This document shows, piece by piece, positions 18,333-26,501 of a DNA stretch of 64,000 nucleotides. The stretch's first letter is position 1. Every line of letters begins with the position of its first letter. This DNA comes from a bacterium (lineage in GTDB: Bacteria > Auribacterota > Auribacteria > Auribacterales > Auribacteraceae), in assembly GCA_024233545.1 (NCBI GenBank), contig JACKPL010000003.1:64584-128583 (forward strand). The letters run 5' to 3'. The notes under the pieces were generated by a model. It ran no database searches. It had not been told where the DNA came from and was given only the letters and a program-made list of their open reading frames with translations. The translations under genes and the position numbers were made by a program.

Positions 18333-19442
18333 CTAAGGCACTGTGGGGAAAACAACTGCTTCGCTGATACAAAGATTCACTGCTACGCGAGTATTGAGTT
18401 CCCAATTGCACTCAGGCGGCATGTCTGATAAAACCGTTTGTTTGGAAGGCAGGCTGATAGTATAACGAAACGTTGAACCTAAGAATTGTTTTTTTATAAG
18501 CACGCCGATTCCTGCTGTATGTTGCTGTACGGATAGATCGCATGGTTTTAGCATAACTTCCAGTACGGGAATCTGTCTGTATTGCATAGGGCACGGAAGG
18601 GTGCCGATTTCAGTAACAATATGGTTGCCGGAAACGTGTCCTTGTAGAAACGATGCATTTCCTATGAAGGCGGCAATGAACTTGGTTTTCGGATGCCGGT
18701 ATAAGTCCCATGGCGTATCGAATTGTTCAATGATCCCGTTGTTCATCACCAGTACGCGGTCGGCAGTATCAAGCGCTTCGTTTAGGTCGTGAGTTACCCA
18801 GACCGCTGTTGTTTTTGTTTGCTGAATAATGCTTTTCAGTTCTTGAGCAAGGTTGTTGCGCAATTCAGCATCGATATTGCTCAACGGCTCATCCAGCAAA
18901 AGAATTTTCGGATTTGGCGCTAAACTGCGCGCCAGTGCAACTCTCTGCTGTTGCCCGCCGGATAATTCATAGGGGTATCTATTCAGGAAATTTTGAATTC
19001 CAAGCATGTCTGTCAATTCGTGAAGCCTATTGGTTTGGAATTTTTTATCCATTTTTTTTATACCGAACAGAATATTTTTTTTGACGGTTAAATGCGGGAA
19101 CAAAGCATGGTCTTGAAATACCATACCGATTTTTCTCTTTTCAGGAGGGATAAAACTGTTTTTATCGAATAAAACCGAACCATTCACTCTGCACATTCCG
19201 AAGGATGTCCGTTCGAGACCTGATATCAACCGCAAAAGCGTGGTTTTGCCCGAGCCGCTCTGTCCGATAACAACGATGATTTCGCCCTTTTTTATCGCTA
19301 GAGTAACCGGCCCGAATGTGAAAGGCGGTTTATCGCATGCCGGTATCCGGTATGTATGAGCGACATCGTGCAGTTGAACATATGGTTCTGTTGTGCGGTT
19401 AACCATGGTTTCGGATAGTGTGTCTATTGCATTAAGGTTCAT
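18333..19442 (-). CDS. ABC transporter ATP-binding protein, Fe3+/polyamine (FbpC/PotA) type
   Basis: Walker A GQSGSGKTTLLRLISGLE, signature LSGGQQQRVALARSL, Walker B ILLLDEPLSNID and a C-terminal TOBE-like regulatory domain. Confidence 0.9.
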   Translation of the reverse strand: MNLNAIDTLSETMVNRTTEPYVQLHDVAHTYRIPACDKPPFTFGPVTLAIKKGEIIVVIGQSGSGKTTLLRLISGLERTSFGMCRVNGSVLFDKNSFIPPEKRKIGMVFQDHALFPHLTVKKNILFGIKKMDKKFQTNRLHELTDMLGIQNFLNRYPYELSGGQQQRVALARSLAPNPKILLLDEPLSNIDAELRNNLAQELKSIIQQTKTTAVWVTHDLNEALDTADRVLVMNNGIIEQFDTPWDLYRHPKTKFIAAFIGNASFLQGHVSGNHIVTEIGTLPCPMQYRQIPVLEVMLKPCDLSVQQHTAGIGVLIKKQFLGSTFRYTISLPSKQTVLSDMPPECNWELNTRVAVNLCISEAVVFPTVP

Positions 19443-21031
19443 GTCGCCCCTTTGTGTTGGTGGTGCATGATAGAGTATGCTAACGGCAGAGATGCCGCAA
19501 TTAGCAGTAATGCCGGTGCGGCGGCTTGTTCATAAAACCCTTCGCTTGCGGCAAGCCAAACCTTGACGGTCAGAGAATCGAATCCGGCAGGACGAAGCAA
19601 TAGTGATGCAGGGAGTTCACGCATCGAACTTAAAAACACAATGAGCCACGCACTGAAAAGAGCAGGCCTTATCAAGCGCAGGATGATGTATCCAAAGGTT
19701 TTTAATGATGAAAATCCGAGCAGACGAGCTCCTTCCTCCAATCGGCGTGAAACCTGATTTATGCCTGCACTGATCATTTGAAAACCCTGTGAAAAAAAAT
19801 GTGTCATCAATGCAATGACAATGGCGGCAATGCTGAAATTGAGCGTCGGAACAATAAAACGGAAAACCAAAGATACACCGAGTGCAACCAGTATGCCGGG
19901 CAATGCGAAGCCGAACTGTGCAACCCATGCCGAAATCCTTATCATCCGATTGTTTTTTTCACGGACGCTCAAGTAGGCAACCGGCAATGATAGAGCAACA
20001 CATGCAGTTGCGGTAACCGTTGCAATCAATACACTGTTCAGGCCTGATTGAATGAGACTATCCCAAGAGAATGCCCAGATGCTCAGTGTGCTGGCGGCAT
20101 GCGAAGCCGAGTAACTCCAATACATCAATGTTCCTATCGGCAGAACAAGTCCGGCAATGATAATGGCAATTACAAAACAGGCGGCGGGAATTCTGGCATA
20201 TTTGAGATTGATTATCGATTTGGGACGAAGATGGTTCTTTGCCGATACAAATAACCTCCTTCCGGTAAGCGTATCCTGAATATAAAGCAAGAGAAAGGTA
20301 AACAGCATCAAGAAACAACTCAGCGCATTTGCAATGGAATAATTATAACTTCCGTTTATTTCATGGTATATTGCGCTGACGAATGTCGGGTATCGCAATA
20401 AACTTACCACACCAAAGTCTGAAAGCGCGTACAATCCGGTCAATACACTTCCTGCGGTAATCGCAGGTAGCAGAAGCGGCAACGAAACGGATACCATCCG
20501 TTGCCGACGCCCCATGCCCAAACATTGTGCGGCTTCAGTGAATGTCAGGTCTATGTTATGTATTGATGCGCGGATAATAGTGTATACATAGGGATAAGAA
20601 CCGAGGATAAGTATAAATGCCGCACCGCTAAACCCATATATGGCGGGCAGTGTAACCGGTAAACCGAGAAACGAGAAAAGTTTTTCGCCCACTCCTTTGT
20701 TGCCGAAAAAGTTTACATAACACAGCGCGAGTATATAACACGGTATGATCAACGGCGTTACTAAAGCTGGCGCGAAAAATTTTTTCAACGGCAAATCTGT
20801 GCGTTCGACAAGAAATGCCAGCACGCCTCCTAATACCAATGCACCGCAGGTGACAGTCAAAGCAAGTATGACGGAGTTCACCATAAGATAAGGCACATAC
20901 CGCGTTACGGTACGGTACCAAACGGAAAAATCGACATTGGCGGCGCCGTAAATCACACAGATACACGGCAATGCCATGATACAGGCAACAATCAAACTTA
21001 TGCCGTATTTTACCGGCAGTTTTAGCGCCAT
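19439..21031 (-). CDS. iron(III) ABC transporter permease, duplicated two-domain (FbpB-like)
   Basis: 530 aa with ~12 TM and two BPD-type permease halves. One EAA-like loop reads TEAAQCLGMGRRQRMVSVSLPLL and the second EEGARLLGFSSLKTFGYIILRLIRPA. Overlaps the downstream ATPase gene by 4 nt. Confidence 0.85.
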   Translation of the reverse strand: MALKLPVKYGISLIVACIMALPCICVIYGAANVDFSVWYRTVTRYVPYLMVNSVILALTVTCGALVLGGVLAFLVERTDLPLKKFFAPALVTPLIIPCYILALCYVNFFGNKGVGEKLFSFLGLPVTLPAIYGFSGAAFILILGSYPYVYTIIRASIHNIDLTFTEAAQCLGMGRRQRMVSVSLPLLLPAITAGSVLTGLYALSDFGVVSLLRYPTFVSAIYHEINGSYNYSIANALSCFLMLFTFLLLYIQDTLTGRRLFVSAKNHLRPKSIINLKYARIPAACFVIAIIIAGLVLPIGTLMYWSYSASHAASTLSIWAFSWDSLIQSGLNSVLIATVTATACVALSLPVAYLSVREKNNRMIRISAWVAQFGFALPGILVALGVSLVFRFIVPTLNFSIAAIVIALMTHFFSQGFQMISAGINQVSRRLEEGARLLGFSSLKTFGYIILRLIRPALFSAWLIVFLSSMRELPASLLLRPAGFDSLTVKVWLAASEGFYEQAAAPALLLIAASLPLAYSIMHHQHKGAT

Positions 21032-22065
21032 TGAACTTCTTCCAAAAGGGCACGTGTTTTTTCCAGTTCTGCACCAAGCCGGTCTATTTCGATTTCCATG
21101 ATGCGAACCGCTTCTAATGCGGATGTTCCCGGAGCATTGAGTGATTCCAGCACTTCAGGGTGAGTCTCAACTGCGGGAAGCAAAGGGTATTCGAAATTAA
21201 CTTCCGCAAACAATTTTTGAGCATCAGGAGATACAAGAAAATCAATGAATTGTTCGGCATTACGCCGGTTTGCCGCATTTTTAATAATGCCGGCGCCGCA
21301 GACATTAACAATCTCTCCTCGTCCGCCGGGTTGTTGGTCGAGGTATACAATGCCTACATTCCGTAATGACGGGTCGGTTTCATTCTTTTGGAGATGATAG
21401 TAATAGTGGTTGATAAGTCCCATGGCGTATTCTCCGCGTCCCACAGCCTTGCGCACATCAGTGTGGCTGTCTGACAAAAGGGCTATATCATTATTTTTGA
21501 GTTTCAGGAGAATATCTTTGGTTTTTTCATCGCCCAACTTTATACGCAGTGCACTTACCCATGCTACCAGAGATTCGTTACCGCTGTTTACCGCGGCTAT
21601 TTTTCCGGCATATTTTGTATCGGTTAACGCATCCAGTGTTTTCGGTACAGCGGATTCATCGATCAAATCTTTGTTATAGATAATAGCGCGCGATCTGCCT
21701 GAAATACCAATCCATGATCCGTCTTGAGCTTTGAAATAGGAAGGTATTTTTGCTGTCGCTTCGGATGAATACGACGCAAAAGCTCCGTTCGATTGCAGGT
21801 ATTCCAGCGCGCCAGATTCTTTGGCTATAAATACGTCTGCTGATGGAGCAGTCAACTCGTGCAGAATCTGTTGTGCAAGCGCGCCAGATTTTCCCGCTTT
21901 TAAGACTACTTTGACACCGGTTTGCTGTTCGAAAAGCGAAATTACCGGTTCTATAAGCGGTTGTTTTCGCGCAGAAAACACAACAAGTGTATTATCTTCT
22001 GCCGCGCAATACCGTGCACAAGCAAACTGTAAAAGCACAAGAATAAGCAATAACCATTTTTTCAT
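21022..22065 (-). CDS. periplasmic Fe3+-binding protein of ABC transporter (FbpA/AfuA-like)
   Basis: Signal peptide MKKWLLLILVLLQFACARYCAA. The mature part, ..LVVFSARKQPLIEPVISLFEQQTGVKVVLKAGKSG.., is typical of family-1 solute-binding proteins for iron. Overlaps the permease gene. Confidence 0.8.
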   Translation of the reverse strand: MKKWLLLILVLLQFACARYCAAEDNTLVVFSARKQPLIEPVISLFEQQTGVKVVLKAGKSGALAQQILHELTAPSADVFIAKESGALEYLQSNGAFASYSSEATAKIPSYFKAQDGSWIGISGRSRAIIYNKDLIDESAVPKTLDALTDTKYAGKIAAVNSGNESLVAWVSALRIKLGDEKTKDILLKLKNNDIALLSDSHTDVRKAVGRGEYAMGLINHYYYHLQKNETDPSLRNVGIVYLDQQPGGRGEIVNVCGAGIIKNAANRRNAEQFIDFLVSPDAQKLFAEVNFEYPLLPAVETHPEVLESLNAPGTSALEAVRIMEIEIDRLGAELEKTRALLEEVQWR

Positions 22066-22081
22066 AATGAAACTCTCCTTA

Positions 22082-22933
22082 TTAGTTTAATTTGTAGACT
22101 ATGTCCACAGTCATTGTTAACGTTTTAGAATCAATATCTGAGGGGAATGCAGGGAACGGAGATGCTTTTTTCACCGATTGCTGAGCCGATTCATTGAGTA
22201 TTTTATAGGGGCACGGTTCTTTTACCCTCACAAAGTGCAATGCGCCTGAGGGCAATAAAGCAAACTCCAGTTTTACAACTCCTTGCAGACGCATGCGCCG
22301 TGCGGAAGAAGGGTACTTTTGAGCCGATTGTATATACTGTTTGACAGTATCTTCATAACGCATTACCATTTCGCTATGGATATCGGATACCTGTGCTTTC
22401 TGCGTTGACCGATCATCAGGAGTTTCCTGTTTTTCTTGTTTGATAGACGGTACGGCAGGATTCTCTTGTTCTTTTATAAGCGGTTCGGCCGTTTCCTCTA
22501 CAGGCAGTATCGGTTCTTCTTCAGCCGGTTCCATCGGAGCTTCGTTTGCGTCTTGTTTTGGCAGATCGGCAGTTGTTGTATTTTCGAGAACCGGTTCGGC
22601 AGATTCTTCCTTAGGAATATTGTCGGTGTCTTGAATCGGTATCTCTTCGGATTCCACTGGAATTGCAGACAGTTCTTCTGTGTCTACCGGTGTAGGTTCC
22701 GGCAGTTCGATGGGTTTTTCCAGAGGAACAAACTGTGTCTGTTCGGAGACCTGTTCAAGTTTCGGCAAAAGAGGGGGGGATTCAAATTGAATTTCCAATT
22801 CGATGTCCTCTTTTTTTGTTATGTCTTGTATTTCAAAAAAATTAAAGCTTGATAATCCTACAGCGCCTCCATGAATAAACAAGGATAGCCCAAGGCTGAT
22901 ACCTAAACCATAATTTTCCAGAAATTGTTTCAT
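22082..22933 (-). CDS. tonB: energy transducer TonB
   Basis: N-terminal anchor, a long Glu/Pro-rich spacer (EPTPVDTEELSAIPVESEEIP..) and a C-terminal TonB domain ..YPSSARRMRLQGVVKLEFALLPSGAL..V.V.. Confidence 0.85.
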   Translation of the reverse strand: MKQFLENYGLGISLGLSLFIHGGAVGLSSFNFFEIQDITKKEDIELEIQFESPPLLPKLEQVSEQTQFVPLEKPIELPEPTPVDTEELSAIPVESEEIPIQDTDNIPKEESAEPVLENTTTADLPKQDANEAPMEPAEEEPILPVEETAEPLIKEQENPAVPSIKQEKQETPDDRSTQKAQVSDIHSEMVMRYEDTVKQYIQSAQKYPSSARRMRLQGVVKLEFALLPSGALHFVRVKEPCPYKILNESAQQSVKKASPFPAFPSDIDSKTLTMTVDIVYKLN

Positions 22934-23331
22934 TGCACGGCTCCTTTTTGAGCGGCAATAATAAAATTGTTGGAACCGGCTCGTTTAGCCGTATCAATAA
23001 CCTGAACAGCCAATCCGAAATCGATATGTTCATCGGCGTTCAAAATGACTTTCTTGTGCGGCGAAAGGGAGTTCTTAAGCAATCCGAAGAGTTCGCTGAT
23101 ATCTATTTTCGTATCATTAAAATATAATTCGTTATATTGGTTTATATATATTGTCAGTTCTTGTTGTTCCTGCGGTACGGCGCTCTGTGCTTTGGGCAGT
23201 GAAATAGACAAACCGGGGTTTATTATGAAATTTGCCGTAAGCATAAAGAAAATCAGCAGGAGAAATACGATATCAATTAAAGGAGCGATATTCAATTGGC
23301 AACCGGGACGTTTTGTTCTATCAAAGTCCAT
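22930..23331 (-). CDS. exbD: biopolymer transport protein ExbD/TolR
   Basis: 133 aa, reading ..LNIAPLIDIVFLLLIFFMLTANF.., the conserved TM Asp motif, plus a periplasmic domain. Has a 4-nt overlap with tonB. Confidence 0.9.
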   Translation of the reverse strand: MDFDRTKRPGCQLNIAPLIDIVFLLLIFFMLTANFIINPGLSISLPKAQSAVPQEQQELTIYINQYNELYFNDTKIDISELFGLLKNSLSPHKKVILNADEHIDFGLAVQVIDTAKRAGSNNFIIAAQKGAVQ

Positions 23332-24010
23332 GAGTTTCTACCTTATTTTTTTTGTTTTGGATTGAAACGGCAATCGGATTGCTTATCTGTTCTATGCCGG
23401 TTTTCCGGTATTCTTTACACCATTCTAAAACAGTCGATGCCGCTTCCTTCATGTGTGCGGCGGCGGTATCGATTTTCCCTTCGAAATGATGGTAGAAAAT
23501 CATTGCGGGAATTGCCGCGACAAGACTGGCGGCGGTGGTCATCAGCGCTTCCCAAATACCGCCGGCAAGTACAGATGCGTCAACGTTGCCGCTCAGTTCC
23601 TGAATTTTCATAAATGCCTTTATCATTCCTGTGACGGTGCCGAGCAATCCGAGCAGGGGAGATATATGGGCAATTAAACTGAGTGCACGAAGATGTTTTT
23701 CCATGCGCCGCAATTCCTTGGTTCCTTCAAGATGAATAATTTTCTCCTGTGTTTCTTTTGAACGGTTTTTTGCTTCAATACATTTTTTTACGATATGAGC
23801 AACCGGCCCGGCAGAACGTGCCGCAAGGCCGGATGCCGCATCGAAGTCGCCTGATTGTATAGCGCGTTTTATCGCTTCAAAAAAAGGTTCCTTATTGATA
23901 TGTGCCCGTTTGAGATGAAACATCCGTTCTAAAACAATGGCTCCAACCACAATAGAGCACGCAATGATCGGATACATAAAAAAACCGCCGCGCATTACGA
24001 AATCAAGCAT
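23321..24010 (-). CDS. exbB: MotA/TolQ/ExbB proton channel protein
   Basis: ..ISPLLGLLGTVTGMIKAF..LAGGIWEALMTTAASLVAAIPAMIFYHHF is a classic ExbB signature. ATG at 24010 (MLDFVMRGGFFMYPII..) is preferred over the track start 24109. Confidence 0.9.
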   Translation of the reverse strand: MLDFVMRGGFFMYPIIACSIVVGAIVLERMFHLKRAHINKEPFFEAIKRAIQSGDFDAASGLAARSAGPVAHIVKKCIEAKNRSKETQEKIIHLEGTKELRRMEKHLRALSLIAHISPLLGLLGTVTGMIKAFMKIQELSGNVDASVLAGGIWEALMTTAASLVAAIPAMIFYHHFEGKIDTAAAHMKEAASTVLEWCKEYRKTGIEQISNPIAVSIQNKKNKVETHGL

Positions 24011-24158
24011 ATGTGTGTCCTTGTTACTTAATCCATTAGACTGATCCATTCCATTTTGACAGCATTTCAATAATGAGAATAAGCCAGTATAGTTCCTTAG
24101 TTCTTGCACCCTGAGTGGGGTGTATTTCTTTTTCCTTCATACTAACCGAAACCTTTTA

Positions 24159-26258
24159 TCAGAATTTAAACGTACATGACCCCCCGACTACAAAATTTCT
24201 GGCGATGCCATGAAAATTAGTGAGGGGCTCGCGGTAATTTTTATTGAAAATATTTTCAACCGCCGCATGCACTTTAAATCCTTTGATATACGGTATATCG
24301 CAACCGACGCGAACATCCCATAATCCATATCCGGGAGTATGGAGGCTGCTATCGGCTATACGCTCATTGTCGTGAACGAATTCTCCTTCAACTTCGCAGA
24401 ACAAGTTCCATAGTGTATCTTGAGGTACTTGATAACGCACGCCGGTATGGACTTCTGCCGGTGTGATTGAATTGAGGAATACATCGGTGTCTTTGTCAAA
24501 CCCTTCGGTGATTTCCAGTGTTGCGAAGGTTGAAATACCGTTCCATATATCAATTTCGATAAATCCTTCGAGCCCGTATATCTCCGCATCGGAAACATTG
24601 CGTGCTGTTGTGGTGCCGCCGGGAGGGCCGAATGGCCCAAACGGAAAAGTAACGTCTACATCAAGGTCGATGAAATCTTTGGCGTCTATATAGAAGAAAA
24701 CCAGTTCGGCTTGTATCCTGTCGTGGTCGAGGCGTGCTCCTGCTTCCATACTTTTTGCCTTTTCAGGCCTTAAGTCGGGATTGGGAACAAATGTATTAAA
24801 GGCAAAATGGGTGCCGGTTGTGTATAATTCCAGCAAACTGGGCGATCGGAATCCATGTCCGTAATTTGCAAATAGGCTGAATTCGTCAGTAACTTTAAGT
24901 ACCGTAGCGATTTTCGGATTGAACCGGCCTTCTTCATTTTCGTCTTCGCCGGATGCCTGAGAGCGGTATTTATCCCAGCGAACGCCGGGGATAATGCTTA
25001 ACCTGCCGTCAAAAAAAGTAATCTCATTTTGGATATATACACCGAGGCTTTCAAAGTCGCCGGCGGGAAAACTGCCCAGCGGCGCACTGCCGGAACCGCT
25101 GGCAGTGCGGTTGCCTTCTGCGCTGTCTTGATAATATTCTATTCCGTATGTCAGGAGGTTCTCTATACCCGCTAATTCGAAAGCGCTGGTATTTTTAAAT
25201 TCGAGGCCGTAGGTATCAATGTCGCGGTCGTCTTTGATACCTTCCGAGGAGCGGTCATGTTGTATTTCAGTTAATTGGTAATAGAAATTCCCTTTGAAAT
25301 CGGCAAATAACCCGTAACCTTCGGCATGGGATAGTTCCAAGTTTAAAAGGTTGCGGCGTGTTGTCCGGTCGGTAAGAGTATTGGAAGTACTCAACGCGGT
25401 TGAGGGGTTGACGGGAACAATCGATTTTTCGTCATACAACGTGTTGCTGATAGTAAATTTGGTTATATCCGACGGGTTGAAAACAATTTTTGAAAATAAA
25501 TTGTTGCCGGATTGTTCCGAATCGCGCAGGCGGTCGCCGTTGCTTAATTTGATGCTGTCGCCGGTATCCCAATAGGTATATGAAATAAGGTATTCCAGAT
25601 AGTCGGTGATAGTGCCGAAGATTCGTTCGGTCTGGCGGAATTCCTGATTGGCTGAATTGAAAAGAGTCCGCGTCCCGATGCCGAAGGTTTCGTTGTCGAT
25701 AAGCATGTCGCTCGGGTCTTTGGTAATAATATTGATTACCCCGCCGATGGCATCGGAGCCATAGAGCGCTGACGCCGAACCGCGCAGAACCTCAATACGC
25801 TCTATGTCGTCGATATTGAGGAATAACCGTCCTTGATGGCCGCTGAAGAAATTCATGCGTGAATCATCCTGCCGGATTTGAACGCGCCTGCCGCCCAAAC
25901 CGCGAATGGTAGGCGATTGTCCAACTTGACGAGGCCCGGAGTTTATTTGCACACCGGGAATATCTTCCAGAATATCGCCGACATCTTTTGCGCCTTTTGA
26001 GAATATTTCCTCAGAGGTTGCCACGCCGACTGATTGCGGCGAATCAAGCAATGCACGGCGGGTTTTTGTGCCGGCGTACACAACTGTTCCAAGATCGTAC
26101 CGTCCGATGTTTGCAGGCAATGGCGGTGCGGGTGTTTGCTCATTTTTCGATTCGGCATTTTCCGCAAAGAGCGGTTGATAAGAAAATGCCGTCAATGCCA
26201 TTGCTATTAGAGCAACCAACTTCTTGTGAGCGGTGCAGTTAGATGTTACTGTATTCAC
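24159..26258 (-). CDS. TonB-dependent outer-membrane receptor (possible haem/tetrapyrrole or iron-complex receptor)
   Basis: GTG start with GGAGGA 9 nt upstream. Contains a signal peptide, a plug region (..GAKDVGDILEDIPGVQI..), a barrel and a terminal ..GGSCTFKF. An FRSP..H..NPDL region is present. Confidence 0.9.
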   Translation of the reverse strand: MNTVTSNCTAHKKLVALIAMALTAFSYQPLFAENAESKNEQTPAPPLPANIGRYDLGTVVYAGTKTRRALLDSPQSVGVATSEEIFSKGAKDVGDILEDIPGVQINSGPRQVGQSPTIRGLGGRRVQIRQDDSRMNFFSGHQGRLFLNIDDIERIEVLRGSASALYGSDAIGGVINIITKDPSDMLIDNETFGIGTRTLFNSANQEFRQTERIFGTITDYLEYLISYTYWDTGDSIKLSNGDRLRDSEQSGNNLFSKIVFNPSDITKFTISNTLYDEKSIVPVNPSTALSTSNTLTDRTTRRNLLNLELSHAEGYGLFADFKGNFYYQLTEIQHDRSSEGIKDDRDIDTYGLEFKNTSAFELAGIENLLTYGIEYYQDSAEGNRTASGSGSAPLGSFPAGDFESLGVYIQNEITFFDGRLSIIPGVRWDKYRSQASGEDENEEGRFNPKIATVLKVTDEFSLFANYGHGFRSPSLLELYTTGTHFAFNTFVPNPDLRPEKAKSMEAGARLDHDRIQAELVFFYIDAKDFIDLDVDVTFPFGPFGPPGGTTTARNVSDAEIYGLEGFIEIDIWNGISTFATLEITEGFDKDTDVFLNSITPAEVHTGVRYQVPQDTLWNLFCEVEGEFVHDNERIADSSLHTPGYGLWDVRVGCDIPYIKGFKVHAAVENIFNKNYREPLTNFHGIARNFVVGGSCTFKF

Positions 26259-26261
26259 TGA

Positions 26262-26501
26262 CTATAATCCTCCATCACGAACAACGCCGGTTGACCGGTA
26301 GAGCGCGTGTTTTCTGCTGTTGATGCAAACTCCACAAATATGGTCGTTTTGGATGTTAAACCGTTTCTTTTCATTCTTTTCCAACTGAACAACCGTTCCG
26401 TTATGAATTTTTATAATCACTTCGCCGAATGAGATTGTTTCTATCGCACTGATAATTTCATCAAGGATGCAAGGCGCTATTTTTTCTTTGTGTATGCTCA
26501 T
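26262..26501 (-). CDS. DUF2292 (YezD-like) small protein with extra Cys-containing tail
   Basis: 79 aa. ..ISAIETISFGEVIIKIHNGTVVQLEKNEKKRF matches my recollection of the YezD/DUF2292 core. The tail is ..NDHICGVCINSRKH.. Its start overlaps the CobN-like stop by 1 nt. Confidence 0.6.
   Translation of the reverse strand: MSIHKEKIAPCILDEIISAIETISFGEVIIKIHNGTVVQLEKNEKKRFNIQNDHICGVCINSRKHALYRSTGVVRDGGL

Noticed and set aside
19563-21077. Several 60-150-aa ORFs overlapping the iron permease gene (for example 20628..21077, 19617..19928)
   Set aside because: They are shadow frames inside a 530-aa permease with clear duplicated EAA-loop architecture. Their sequences are Cys/Arg/His-rich nonsense.
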